64,000 nt of DNA, from positions 81,532,001 to 81,596,000 of the forward strand of contig NC_045696.1 of assembly GCF_009834535.1 (NCBI RefSeq). Reading direction: 5' to 3'. Under the pieces are notes generated by a model. That model had not been told where the DNA came from. It did not search any database and saw only the letters and a program-made list of their open reading frames with translations. Origin of the DNA: Camelus ferus. Its lineage: Eukaryota. Positions within the stretch are counted from its first letter, which is position 1. Every line of letters begins with the position of its first letter. A program made the translations under genes and the position numbers. Positions 37,588 through 51,300 of this stretch are shown here, one piece after another.

Positions 37588-39619
37588 AAAAACCCACTGC
37601 TTGACTTGCCTGAGGGCACATGGTCAGAGTGACCATGCTGGACGGGAACTTGTGCCCTGGGTGGTTGTGCTACACTGCGCCCCCTTCACCACCTTCATCT
37701 CTTTCGTCTGTTAGTTGCTCATTTGAAAGTTGGCGACAAAGAAGTATGCACAAAGACGTTCCTTGCTGCATTGATTATAATAAAAAACCCTGAAAACAGT
37801 GAAATTGACAAATAATAAGGAAATGGTCAAGGAAAAAATATGGCCTGTTCATTTTAAGGAATATATAAATATTGAAAATAACAGTTCAAAAATAATTTGT
37901 AATAACTTGAGAAAATGATTAAATTATAAATAATTTTTCTTATTCTTCCTCATCTTCTTGACCTCTAAGCCGGTGGTACTCAGTGTGGTCCACTGACCAG
38001 AGTGGACCACATGTCAGCTTGTGAGAAATGCAGAATCTCAGGCCTCACCCAAGCCCTGCTGAATCAGAATCTGCATTTTAACAACATCTCCAGGTGACTC
38101 ACACCACATTCACGTTTGAAAAGCACTGATCTAAGTCAGGTGTTTTCAAAGACTCAGTCCTTAGACATCTTCTCTACTCCCTTGTGCCTTGAGTTAGTGA
38201 TTCCAGCACCTGATAGCATATTATGTCTCTGATTCCACTGGCCTGGGACAGTGGCCTTGGGCACTAGCACGTGTGTATGCACCTCAGGTATTCAAAACTG
38301 CAGACAAGGTTGTGATCCACTTTCTATATGATGCCCCCTGTGATACAATTTTAAGTAGAAAATGCATGATACCAAAGAGCATATATCTTGTGTATTAATT
38401 ATGGAAAACTACAGAGAAAATACTGAAAGAAAATATACCAAAATATTAACCATGATACAAATAGAGGTGAGTTTTTCTGGGGGAGTGGGTTTGTTTACAT
38501 GGTTCTCTACTAAAAATGGTCACAAACATCAGGCTGCAGATTCAGGTGTGCAAGTGATACAACTTTATTTTTATGTACTAAAAATTAATTTTGACTTTGA
38601 ATCCCAATCTTCTTGCAGTGAAAACTTTTCAGTTAATTCAGAGGGATCTCTGCAAATCAAGATTGGCTCAGTCAAGCTGCCAGTGGCCCATGACTTATTG
38701 TGCAAATTGGAAAAAGTACCCCTCTGGGCGGGTGCAGCCCCCACCAGTACACATGGTGTGATGGCAAAGCACAAACTAGATTGTGGTCTCCACCTGCTCC
38801 CTGCGGTGTCGCTGTGCAGTGAGCAACCTGCACCCCTGTGTGTGGTGTCCTGGGCTCAGTGGACCCCACTTCTTCATCTCACATTTTAGGTAAATTCCAC
38901 AAAGCTTTCATGGTGGCACTGGATTAGGAGGGGGACAAGGAAGGCATGGAGTCCCCACAGTCTTCGTCACTGACACTGTCCTTGCCATGATGCCCTGATT
39001 CCTGTCTGGCCTCTGAGGAAGATGGTTGACCAGACTGATGCTGGAGCCTCCTTACTAATTCAAAGCTTCTCCCGACTGGGTCCTCTCTCAGGACTTCTAA
39101 GCTCTTCCTGGAAATGTTCAGCTGCTCCTTGAACCTCACTGGGAACAGGGAACATCATGAGGCCATCTCAGCCCAGCAGCCTGGATATGCCTCCCGCCAG
39201 CCCCCATGTTATGTTTCGGGGTTGCTGCGTAAACTTGCGGCCCTCCTGAGCTCCACCCAGTGCCCCAAGCCCTCCTGGGGGTTTCGCCATCTCCCTGTCC
39301 CTGGGACTGGGGGGGGCCAGGCCAGGAGTGGGTGGAACCCGGAGCCCCATCTCAGTGCTGTTCTTTGTGTTTCTACCCAGGGAATCTTTTGTTCCTCTGG
39401 GACAGACAAACTGCCTCTTTTATCACCTTGCAGCCTTCCAAATCTATTGTTTATTCGTCTCCTTGCCATCCTGGTCTAGGATTTACAAATCAAAACATTG
39501 CCGTTAGTCACCAAAGGCCTTTCTTCTTCTTTTCTTGGTTTTTGCCCTTCCGTGGCTCAGTGAGAGCCTCCCACTGAATAGGGAAAGGGAGGGGTTCTTT
39601 TAAGGAAACACAGGAAAAG

Positions 39620-39822
39620 TGTTTTTTTTTGTTTTCTGTATTGAGGTATAGTTGATTTATAATGTGTTAGTTTCAGGTGTACAGCTAAGTGGCTTAGTTA
39701 TACATACGTGTATGTACTCTTTTTTCGATTCTTTTCCATTATAGGCTATTATTACACGATATTGTGCTACACAGTAGGACCTTGTTGTTTACCTATTTTA
39801 TACATAGTAGTGTGTTTCTGTT
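39620..39822 (-). mobile_element. 5'-truncated L1 3' end
   Basis: ttgaggtatagttgatttataatgtgttagtttcaggtgtacagc. Imperfect TSD taaggaaacacaggaaaa/taagggaacacgggaaaa. Confidence 0.82.
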
Positions 39823-40799
39823 AAGGGAACACGGGAAAAAATGTTGATTAATAACCTTAAAATACTATTCTGCTACACGTACTTTCCATATAAATATATT
39901 TAACAATAAACCAACAAAAGAAGCTGCAGGAAAACATCCTGCAGGAATTCTGAGCGCTGAGACATGAAGAGGCTGAGGGACTCGCTCAAGGCCCCACGTT
40001 AGCGGCTGGGGAGCCGCGCTCAGGGTCGCAGCCGGCAGCTCCCGAGGGCCCTGAGCCGGACAGGCGGCGGCGCTGCTTTCTCACCCGCGAGCCTCGCGTC
40101 CTCCACCAAGATGAAAAGACCCTGCTGGCCCCCTTGACGTTCAGAGACAACAGCCTTTCCTCCTTCACAAATCTGTGGTGAATATTTATTTTTTGAAAAG
40201 TCGCTGGTAATTGTGAATATGTTTTTGCAGGTGGTCTAATGTCTGTTATTGAAGGGAAAGACAAGGTTCATGAGGACAACCTAACGCTGGTTTTGGCTCA
40301 TTCCTCACAGGAAGTCCAGTTTTCTCACTACATTTTGTTGATCAAAATGGAACGAAGGCCATAAAATCCAAAGCAGCGTGAAAAGCACCGCATTGACTCC
40401 TGGGTGCTTGCAGATGTCCGCGGGGACAGTGAGGAGCAGTACTCGGTCGGGGGCGGGGCAGGAGACCCTTGGGCTGCCTAATTTCATCTCACCTGGTGAG
40501 AAGTGGATTCCGAGCTCACACACCCATGAAATCACAGCCAGCAGCTGGGGGAAAGTTCTAGGGGGTGAAAGACAACACGGGAGCTGGGGGGGGTGCTTCC
40601 CCATCGGGTGTGGGGTGGATGCACACAAGTTTCTGCAGGACAGGAAGACAACTGGCGAATTGCTTTGAGAAGCAGCAGCACGAAGCTGCCACTCACCTCG
40701 GCTCTCAGTACATGGGAGTTGCTGTCCTCCCTCCTTCTCTGGAATTTAGAATCGTGTTATGGTCTGGTTGTAGGAGTTCTATTAAAGAGTTATCCTTTC

Positions 40800-41173
40800 T
40801 GTATTAGTCTTCTCAGGCTGCCGTAACAATCACAGACTGGGCGGATTAAACAACAGGAATTAATTTTCTCACCGTTCTGGAGGCTGGAAGTCCAAGGACA
40901 AGGTGCTGGAAAGGTTGATAGTGAGGCCTCTTTTCCTGACTTGTAGGTCCACCCTCACTCTGTGTCCTCCCATGGCCTTCCCTCTGTGTACATCGCGGGG
41001 TGGGGGGCTGTTTGATGTCTCCTCTTCTTATAAGAACCTCAGTTCTGTTGGATAGAGTCCCACCCTTATGACATCCTTAATTATCTCCTTAAAAGCCTAT
41101 CTCCAAGTACAGTCACATTGGTGGGTAGGGCTTCAACATACGGATTCGAGATGACACAATTCAGTCTATAACA
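40800..41173 (-). mobile_element. MaLR LTR (MLT1A-like)
   Basis: TGtattagt...ggctgccgtaaca...gttctggaggctggaagtccaag...gacacaattcagtctataaCA. Confidence 0.85.
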
Positions 41174-41925
41174 TGTGTTGGGCCCTGGGCTGGGTGCTGA
41201 GAATAAGAATTTCTGAAGACTTTCAGCCCCTGTCTTCAGGAGTTCGTAGTTAGGGACTGGCACTGTAGCTGTCAGAGTAGTGGGGTATTCAGTGAGCTGT
41301 GGGGGCCACGGGAAACACACCTCTGCTTTAAGTGGCACTTCCTAGGTGGCCTTTACTATGGTTGTATCTTGAGCTAGCAAATTCCACAAATATTCTAGAT
41401 GAGCAGTGGAGGAGCTATTTTCCTGGTGTGGCAAAATTGTACATCGAGGCCCTTAAAGATTTCGATGAGGTGAAGTTCTGGCAAAACCAAAGCAAGAGCT
41501 GCGACTGAACTTTGGCAATTTGACTAAATTAAACACAGGATTTTCTTGGGGTTCCAAGGTTTTCACCCACACTACACCATTTCCTTCACCATAGCTACAG
41601 GTTAGAGTGGACACGACACTTGGCAGAGAGGACGGAGCAAAGTCTTTGGGGCGGGAAAATTGGGGATGGGAGTTGTCGCGAGAGGAGTCCACCAGCCCCT
41701 CTTGCATAACCAGCTACGTGGGAAAAGAGGAACTCCAAGGAAGATACACCAGACACAGGAAGCTGACTGTTCCACTTACCCAAAGCCTTTTAACCTCTTC
41801 ACTAGCTGCAACTAAACCTCTACACTGCAGCCCAATTCAATGTCCTTGAATTCGACGCTTGAGATCGGCCACAGCGCTGCTGCTCATACTGTTTAGTAAA
41901 CAGGCCAAGAACAAAGGTCCGGGGA

Positions 41926-41960
41926 TGCAATTTTGCTTGTGAGCCACTAGGGGGCGCACA
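41926..41960 (+). promoter_or_regulatory. CTCF binding site (core plus putative upstream module)
   Basis: CCACTAGGGGGCGC at 41944-41957 matches the CTCF core consensus. TGCAAT at 41926-41931 sits at the spacing expected for the upstream zinc-finger 9-11 module. Confidence 0.75.
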
Positions 41961-42879
41961 CGACTTCCCTCTCTTCGGAAAAGGAGGAAGGGAAAGATCC
42001 GCAATATAGAGAATGGCGTTAGGGTGCGGCGTTCGGTGTGGTATTCGGGCTGGGGTTAGAAGCTGCTGTGAGGTTTTTGCTTTTTTCTGTGTGTGGTGAG
42101 GGTAGGTGATGCGTCAAAGACCTAATTATTTAAGTAGTAATATAGTGTGTATTGATCTTACACTATACTAGCTGGTGAAAATCTCTGGGGTGTTATTATG
42201 CCAAACAACAGTTTGTTTTAAAATAACTAAGTGACATGTGTGAGTGTGTTGTGCACCATACGGGAGAGTGCTCTACACACACACACACACACACACGCTT
42301 ACTGACTTAAATACGTTAACACACTGTGTAAATATTGCTTCAGGTTAGAAAATACGTTGTGTCCAAATTGTGTCATCTTTTCAAAATACACCTGGAGAGA
42401 AAGGGCTGCCTATATTTCAGAAAGCTTTTAAATTTCATTGAATAGTGGCATATCAGCCTCGCCTGCCAAAAGCCAGAAGGATATGAGTCACCAAGTTGGG
42501 GTTGTTGATCACAGGTAAAAGCGGATCCCAGCCATCCCCTGTCCTCTCCTGGCCCCCACACAGATCTGCGGCTCACAGCCAGAATTTGCTGCTATTCCTC
42601 ATTCTCCTGGGGACTGCCTTCCCCAGGTCTCCCTGCTACGGTCACTGCTTTCCTCTCACAGACTTTCTCGTTTACTAAGTAGAGAACCTCCGAGACCCTA
42701 CTTTATATTTGGGATTATGGGGTAAAAAGATCAGAATCAGGAAACCAGGTTCCCCCAGAGCATCCTCGACTGCGGTTTGCCACCCTCCCCTCATTGCAGG
42801 AGGTGATAAGCAGGGGTAGGACCAAGGGCAAGAGCCTAACAGCCGTAGGGAAAGGGAGGGAAAGGTTGCTCCCGTGGGC

Positions 42880-43430
42880 CAGGTGCTGGGCTCGGTCCTG
42901 TCAGTGGCATTATCTCATTTAATCTTCACCCCAATCTGCAAGTTTTCTGTTATCATCTCCATTCTACAGATAAGGAAACTGAGGAACAGAGAAGCTAAGT
43001 ACTGTCTAATGTTCATACAGATCTGGGATTTGAACTGGCATATTTTCCAGTCCTGGCCACAGTGCCACTGTCTACTTTACCAGAACCACCTGAGGGCTTC
43101 CTCTCTGGTCTCTAGCTTGTAACTGAGGATCTTGTATTGGCAATGGCTGTGTGACTGATGATGATGATGATGGCAATGATGATAGTAGGTGATTTTTATT
43201 GATCACTTACATGAGCCAAGCAAGGTACTAAGCACCAAGCCTTCATTATCTTTAATTCTTACAATGACTCTACACTGAAATTAGTATTATGATCATCATT
43301 TCAGAGGTGAGGGATCTGATGCTTAGGAATGTTAAGAAACTTGCACAAGGTCACACAAATAGTAAGGGACAGAGCACGTATTTGATCCAAGGTCTGTCTC
43401 TAAGCTCAAATATTTAAATCACTATGCTTA
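42880..43430. mobile_element. MIR SINE fragments (others near 8640-8760, 24030-24280, 45980-46200, 50720-50990)
   Basis: Core motif cattctacagataaggaaactgagg and aagaaacttgcacaaggtcacaca. Confidence 0.75.
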
Positions 43431-44183
43431 ACTGTGCATCTTGAGAGTATTAAGTTTACGGAGATGTACTCAGGGCTACAGGATGAATCAGAAGATCCCT
43501 TAGAAATCTAAAATAATACTAAGCAAAAAGGGGAAGAGTCATAACTTTATGTGTCATGGTATAATAATGCAGCCGGGAAAAATGCTTACATGCTAAAACA
43601 GGAAACTTTCTAACTCTTTGCTTAGAAAAATAATCACCTGTGTGATTATTTTCATTTATTCTTTTCTTGAATTGGAAATTCCTGGAGTCTGGTTTTAATT
43701 ACATAGAAAGTTAACCTGGATTGTTACTGTTTGTCAGGATCCCCTTTCATCATTTCTATAACCCGCTGATGGACTTACTAGGGTCTGGAGGACCTAGTTC
43801 ATTGGTGATTTTGGTTCAGTGAAGGCTGCCAAGTAACCAAGAATGAAGGAATGAATGACTATTTTGTTGTCAACCACCAGCATCTGGCTATAAAACAGTG
43901 AAATAGGGAGTGATCAGGAGAAAGTGGAAGTATGGTCAACAACGACCTTGAGTTTATAGGTCTTGATGCATTGAACCCAAGTCAGCTGGTCTGCTGTTTT
44001 CCTACATGCAACCGTGGGGATGAAATAGATGTGTCCCTTCTTACCATCACCTTGAAAAGAATCAGATATTAAACCAGACCTCAGGAATTAGTCAATACTA
44101 CTCTCAGCAATATTTTTTAAACCATAGGGTTTGAATATTTCCCTAACAATATTTCAAAGAACAAACAAGAGGATGGGTTCCTC

Positions 44184-44939
44184 TCCTACATCGTTGGTGG
44201 GAATGTAGTTTGGTGCAGCCATTATGGAAAACAATGTGGAGAGTCCTCAAAAGACTAAAAGTAGACTTACCATATGATCCAGCAAGCCCACTCCTGGGCA
44301 TATATCTGGTGGAAACTCTAATTTGAAAAGATTCATGCACCCCAATGTTCATAGCAGCACTATATACAATAGCCAAGATATGGAAGCAACCTAAACATCC
44401 CTGACAGATGACTGGATACAGAAGCTTATATTTATACAATGGAATAGTACTCAGCTATAAAAAATAAAATAATGCAATTTACAGCAACATGGATGGACCT
44501 GGAGATCATCATTCTAAGTGCAGTAAGTCATAAAGAGAAAGAAAAATAACCTATGAGATCACTTATATGTGGAATCTTCAAAAAATTGCACAAATGAACT
44601 TATTTACAAAACAGAAACAAACTCACATAGAAAACAAACTTATGGTTACCAGGAGGAAAGGCAAGGGAGAGGTAAATTGGGAGTCTGAGATTTGCAGATA
44701 CTAACTACTATATATAAAATAGATAAACAACAAGGTCCTATTGTATAGCACAGGGAACTATATTCAATGCTTTGTAATAGCCTATAATGAAAATAAATAT
44801 GAAAAGGAATACATATGTAAATGTATAACTGAATCATTCTGCTGTACACTAGAGATTAACACAACATTGTAAATCAACTATACCTCAGTAAAAAAAAATG
44901 CATATAAGCACCAAAAAAAAACCCCCCAAAAAACCAGAG
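44184..44939 (+). mobile_element. 5'-truncated lineage-type L1 (ORF2 C-terminus plus 3' UTR) with a perfect 16-bp TSD
   Basis: TSD AGAGGATGGGTTCCTC at 44168-44183 and 44940-44955. ccatatgatccagcaagcccactcctgggcatatatc and atgttcatagcagcacta are L1 ORF2-end motifs. A-rich tail. Confidence 0.93.
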
Positions 44940-47900
44940 AGAGGATGGGTTCCTCAACAAGGGTCAAGTGCGCATTATCTGAATATCTGGAATATTCAGA
45001 TATCTGGAGTAGTTCTGCTATTTGGTGAGGGAGCTTTGAGGATGATTCAATCAGGAGACAGGCATGGAACAGGGTGGAGGTGCACGGCCACTGCCTCAAG
45101 GCAACTGCCAAGGAAGAGGAGTCACTTTCACTACCTATGTGACAGCAGCCAACAAGGAGTTAGAAGTCCCCAAAGATGTGGCATCTCAGGAATTCCAGAG
45201 GTGCAGAGAAAGGCTGGATTAATATTGGATTTAAGATTCTGAGGTGGGTAATGAAGAGTGCAGGAGTGGGAGGCAATGCAGCAGAGCGAGGAGTTAGAAT
45301 CTGGACGCCTGCCTCTAAGTCCAGCTCTGCCACTAGCTGGCCAGGGGGCCTGGGGCAACTCTCTTGTAAACAGTACCACCCCATCCGTCATCTTGCTGAG
45401 CCTCACCCTCATCCAGTAAGTGGAGTTGGACAAAGCCATCTCTAAGTACATTTAGGTACCATGTGACTCACACATTGAGGATGCCCCGGGCATTTTCATC
45501 GCATTCTTTGCAATGAAATAACCTGATTACTCTGGAGGGCGCTGTGGAGGGAGTGGTTGTGTGTGTGTGTTCTAGGGAGACGCATTATGCCCCTGTCTTC
45601 TTCGCAGTGTTCTGTGTCCAGAGAACATGCTGACTTTCACGAACTGAGACGCTGTTGTCATCCCACCATTGGTGAAGGCGGTTTTTCTGCAGTCGTTGAC
45701 ATACTGTAGCCAACCTGCTGCTCCCTCTCAGCCAAACCTTCCTGCTGTCAATCCAGCAGTTGTGCCCATGAGGGATGGAGATTTTTTAGTACTGTCTTCC
45801 AGCCAACTGAGCTGTGGCTATGCCACAACAGTTAGAATTTCTTTGTTCTTTTACGATGTGCCAGGCAGTGTGCTCAGCCCTTAGTATAGCTCACATGCAC
45901 GTATCTCTTTTACTCTACCTTCAGGTAGCTTTTAGTTACCCCTGCTGAAACAAACCAGCATCTTAAGCCAAGTTCACCTTAATAATAGCTAATACGTGCA
46001 GTGCTTACTATGTCTCAGGCACTGCTCTAAGTGCTTTACATATGTTATTTACCTCAAGATAACTCTGTGGATTAATACTAGTGCTTAACACTATCTATAG
46101 ATGAAAATCGGGGCACAGAGAGGTTAAACAACTTGCCCAGTGTGACAGGACTGATTCATAGCAGAACCCAGGCATCCTGGCTCTAGGATTCCCCAAGATA
46201 CCACACCTAGAAGATGGCTAAAGATCTATGTATGCTGCTTCTGGTTTTTTTCCCACTAAATTAAAAGCAGAGTTTTGGGGTTTTTTTTTCCAACTTGGTA
46301 ACTTACTACAGAGACATTCTGTTTTAACTTTGTTCTTTTCCTAGGATTTATGATTTGACAATGTAGTCACAATAACAAATCCTACCACCACCCGGCCAAG
46401 ACAGTGTGACTCTCCCTGGAGTTTATTTATTTCTCTGTCTGTGTGTGTGAGTGTGTGTGTGTGTGTGGTTGGAAAGGATGTAATTGTTAGAAGACGGAGA
46501 AACGCCATTAGGAGAAAAGAGGCATGTGCTTTTGGCTGAAGGATTGTTTGAAGGGGGAAGTTATAAGGGTTCAAGAAAAGATATCCGTGGGTTGCATGAG
46601 TCCTTTACATCAGGGAGCAGAGATGAGAAACGTGAAACACTGTGTCTGAAGTGACAGGAACATCAGCTGTGGAGGCAAAGGTAACCTCAGTTGCTCTTGA
46701 AGGAATGCAGCTGGAGTCCAAGGTCCCACTGGGGCAGCCTCGTCGATGTTCCCTGTCAAAGGGGCTGAGGACCCTCTGACTATGATTCTAAGGCTTTTAA
46801 TCCTGACTGCAGGAGGATTGGTCCCCTTTATAGATGTCTCTTACTCACTGTTCTCTGGAGGGATTCCAAACTAGTGTCTCAATTTTTGAGGAGACACGAG
46901 CTTTGGAGTGGTTAAGGTGCTGGCGTGCAGCTCACCACAGCCCTATATAGCCAGGAAAATAGCTCCATGTTCCCGTCAAGTTGCCTCTCCTCCCCATCCT
47001 GTTTCTTTTACCTAAGAGCAGGCTCAAGTGTTTATGTGATGTCTGCCTGGGGCCAAGGTGATCACAGAATATGTCTCCTGCATATTTTGTTCAATATTTT
47101 TGCATCTCGGAGGTGCTCCAAATCCAATCAGAGCCAGATTGGAAAACTTTGGTTTCCCCAGAGGGAGGACTTGCTGAGCAGCCAAAGGTTTTTATTCCTG
47201 AAGAATTTAAATCACAATCGATCTCTGTCCCTCAGGAAGAAACAAGCCAAGACCAATCTCACAACTGTGAGGGTTCATTACTTACATGATACTGTTTGGA
47301 ATACGCTATCTTAACAATGATTCTTGGCAAGTCAACAAAGTTTTCCCGCAGCAACAAACTGTTTGGGTTTCAATTATATTAAGACTGAAGACTCATGTTA
47401 TGTGCTTCCTACCCAGAGCCTCTTCCAGAGCTGTTCCTTGGAGGATGCTGGTAAGAGGACATATTAATCATGGGAGCACCTGTAATGCCAGAGCGGAAGA
47501 GAGTTGAGAATACGTACCATTTGAGATCCATCCTTGACTTCCCTCATGTCTTGTCAATATGCTGAACCTTTTGCTTGGGAGGGAGATATTGAAAGGTTTC
47601 TGCTGATTTATTTTCTCCTAAGTTCCTGAGGGAAAACTCTTGAACCCTGGGGACAACTGACCTACCTTCTTCCCAATAGGAGACGTCGCCTGACTTTGAC
47701 CCTAGATAAGACATCTTGATTTATTCGGGGTGTTTTGGAAGGCTTGGCAAAGAAACCTGACTCTTTTCTCACTAATTATTCTGAAGTTATTGGGCTATTC
47801 CCTTCCAGAAATAGACACTTCACTGGCATTATTTTAATAGGTAATAACAAGAAACACTGCTGACGCTTCTGCAATATTTCCAAGTACTAGAACTCCTCCG

Positions 47901-48225
47901 AACACACATTTTCTAGGAGTTTCACAACAGCCCTATAGATGTTGGTTATGAGAATTTCTAATTTGTTACCTGGAAGATAAAGATTGGGGAAGTTAAATGA
48001 CATGTCTAAAGCCACATAGGTGATAAGCAACAGGTGTTCTGACCCCAAGTCCTAAACGTTCTACTCTGTATAGTGCTGCTAATCACCAACCCAGGTTAAA
48101 CACACAGATTAAAGCTTTCTTTAAACCTTTCCTTCAATTACCTTCTTCTATTCAGGTCACAATCACCCCCAAGTTCCTGACTGTCCCTGAAAGCTAACTT
48201 TCAGAGTTGCCTTCAACCCCATCTT

Positions 48226-48353
48226 TTTTGGGGGGAGGGGAATTAGTTTTATTTATTTATTCATTCATTTATTTCAATGGAGGTACTGGGGATTGAACCC
48301 AGGACCTTGTGCATGCTGAGCATTTGCTCTGCCACTGAGCTATACCCTCCCCT
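48226..48353 (-). mobile_element. Camelid tRNA-derived SINE (vic-1 type)
   Basis: ggaggtactggggattgaacccaggacc...ccactgagctataccctcccc. TSD cttcaaccccatctt (48211-48225)/cttcagctccatctt (48354-48368). Confidence 0.92.
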
Positions 48354-51300
48354 CTTCAGCTCCATCTTGATCCATTTATCTTACACATCTGGTTTGAAGC
48401 CAAGTGGTTGGATGGGTCTGTAACATTTTCCTTCAGGTCACATTTGAGACCTCTGACAAATCATTTCTCTTGTTTCATGGGGACAATGAGGAGGGTGGCC
48501 CAGAGGACTGCAGAGGTTTCATCCAGCTCAGAGGTGTCGGATGTGCTGCAGGCGTGGGGCTACACGCGGCCTGGGACGCAGCACCTCTCCCTGGTGGCCG
48601 CTGCCGTCACCTCCTCCCTGGGCCCCTCGGTTTCCGCTCCAGTCTGCTCAGGACCACTAGAAGGGCTAGTTTAGCATTCAGTCCAGTTCTACTCCTTTGC
48701 TGGTTCTTAAAATGGGCTGTAGACGACAGGGCTTCTTCGCACAAGCAACGGGACTGTAGTGAGAGGTTCCAGAGTGAGAAGGACTCCGTGTAGGTGGGAC
48801 AAGTCCAAATGAGGCATTTGTTTGATGACTCCTGGAGCAACGGGCATAGGCTTCAGGGGTTGTAGGACTAGCCCCTGAGAGCACGTGGGCAAGAAGAGCT
48901 GGTCCTGAGGCACAAGCTCGGAAACTGGAATTATTACTTTGGGTCCACGAACCCTTTGACTAAATGCAAAGTTGTGTGTGTGTGTGCGCATTCATGTGAG
49001 TGTTAGGGAGAGTGTCCGTAGCTTTTATCAGACCCTCAGAGAGATCTGTGACTCTAAAAAGATTAAGAATAGTTATAAACGCGAATAATATGATCCAATT
49101 TTGAAAGATGGGAGGGAAAATTGCATAGCAAACTAGTATCATCAGCTAAGTCCGTGGGATGGGATTGATTAGAAGGTGAGGAGACTATGAACTTTTGAAG
49201 AACTGCTTCTCTGTATTGTTTGACTTATAAAAATGAGAATTATCTCTTTCATAATTTAGAAAAGTTTAAAAAAGGAGAAAAATCTCCAGCTGAAACAAAT
49301 AAGAGCTTTCACACTCAAAGATGTAACCGTCCTGAGTGGCTGGTTCCAGATAAAACAGGTAGAGAAGGATCCAGCTAGGGAAGAGGTGGGAGCCTGAAAC
49401 AGAGGGGGAGGAGAACCTGTGCTAGGAGGGGGCAAACCTTCCTGAAACCAGGGACTATTTCCTTGGGGGCCACAGGGGAAAGGACTTTGCTCATGTAGAG
49501 AAACTAGAGCCACTGATCTGAGAAGTGGACAAGGGGTTGGCACTGGGACGTGGGGACGAGTGATCCTCAGAGCCAAAGCTAGGAAGTAGCTCACAGGGCC
49601 CGAGTCTTTACAGGGCTGGCCTGGGGTGTGTGATCCAGTGTGACATGCGCTGTCTTCTGGGAGTGATGCTCTCTGGGGAGGTTGCCTGGCATTTGGGAAG
49701 CAGGCAAGACGTAATATGAGCATTTAAGATCTATTGCTACCCACTGGCTGCTTCTCCTAACTGGTTGGTGTTAAAATCCTCAAAATGAAAGAGGCCTAAA
49801 TGTTTATTCTGAGGATCAGTAAGGTGAGGGAGGCTGGGGCGACTGTGTCCCCTGTCACAGCATATCTTAACAGAAGAGGAAGCTCAAAGACAGGGTAGGA
49901 GACAGAATAGGCAACCCTGAAATGGAAAGAAAAGCAGGTTGAATCCCTGGGACCTCTGGGAAAGAGGAACAGGGAACAGAGGGGAAGGTGGAGAATGCCT
50001 GCTGGAGGCCCTCTGACTCTAAACAGCCAGCTCACAGGCTCCACCTGGATGAGTCTGACAGTCAGAGAGGAGCTGCCCACCCAGGAAGCTGGGCCAAGAC
50101 AAGTGTTGGATGTTTCTGTGTTTTTTCACTTAGACTCTTCTGGCTCCTGTCTGAGATGCTGAATGAGTCCCACCCATCGCGGTGGTCTCTGGGTCCTGCC
50201 CAAGTCCTTCCAGTGCTTATGGCTCTGTGACGATTTGAAGGAAGTGACCGAGAAGCCATTTTGTCACTTACTTTGGTTCAGGCAAAGTACTGTTGTTTTA
50301 GGCCCTTGGGGGGATTCACTGCCCCTAAATGCATCATTTCTCTCTGCTGTTGGCCCTCACCTCTCCTCCCTGCACATCAGCCTCAAAAAAGAAATTGAAG
50401 CCTGTATTTTTAAAGTTAGAACTATACTTTTTAGCTTGTGACTTTAAGCTTGGTTAGTGAAACTGCCACTTGAAGGTGTTATCTACCAAAGATGGATTCA
50501 TTGCGACTGTTTGCTTAAGGCTCTAAGGTTTACAAAATGCTTTTCCATGCTATTATCTAGTTAAAACCTTGCCACCAGCCGATGTCTTGCTGATAAATAG
50601 CTGAGGTTGTGAGAGAGTAAGTCAGAGGTAGCAGAACTAGAATGTGGTGAACTCCGGATTTCAATGCAATTAGACTCCAAATATTAGACACTTCCCACTG
50701 CCCCAGTCTGCTTATTTATAGGTGGAAAGTGGTTACCATAGTCAGTTACTACCTGGGGTCTGGAACCACATCTCGGGTTCAAGTTCCATGCCACCATTGA
50801 CAGTGGAAGGCGCGTGGATAAGTCACTTAGAATCAGTTACATCGGCTCCCTGATCTGTAAGCTGGTGATGCAATACTATTGCCCACCTAGGAGGGTTGTG
50901 GTGAGAATTATATCAGTTGATCCATATAAAACTCTTAGAACAGCTTCTGGCACATAGGGGATGCTATGTAAGTACTTGATGTTATTAAGAAATCTTACTT
51001 CTAAGACACTTTGTGGTAAAATAACCTTGTTCTGCATGTCCCTCATTCTGCCTCTATCTCTCCTGGAGAGTAACAGGGAAGAAAAATAGCTGCTTCCCTG
51101 ACAGACACACTAGAGTGAACCTCTGGAACTTTCCATACATTTCCTCCAGGATGAAGAGATTAACTTGTGGAATTATAGACCTTCTGGGCTGGAAGTGACC
51201 TCCGACAAGTCTCCTGCTCTGAGGGGGAGGCTGGAGTCCAGAGGGGCCCACATCAAACTGGTGTCTGAGCTGTTTCCTGACTCCTAATCTAGTGCCCTGG

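Noticed and set aside
38362..38889. Longest ORF in the track (175 aa)
   Set aside because: The start overlaps degraded L1-like sequence, there is no recognisable domain, and I see no supporting exon structure.
41345..41510. Short protein-like open frame (…AKLYIEALKDFDEVKFWQ…)
   Set aside because: No start codon, splice support or recognisable homology; likely chance.
44143..44849. ORFs resembling database 'hypothetical proteins'
   Set aside because: Antisense translations of an L1 3' end. The same applies to ORFs at 59220-63406.
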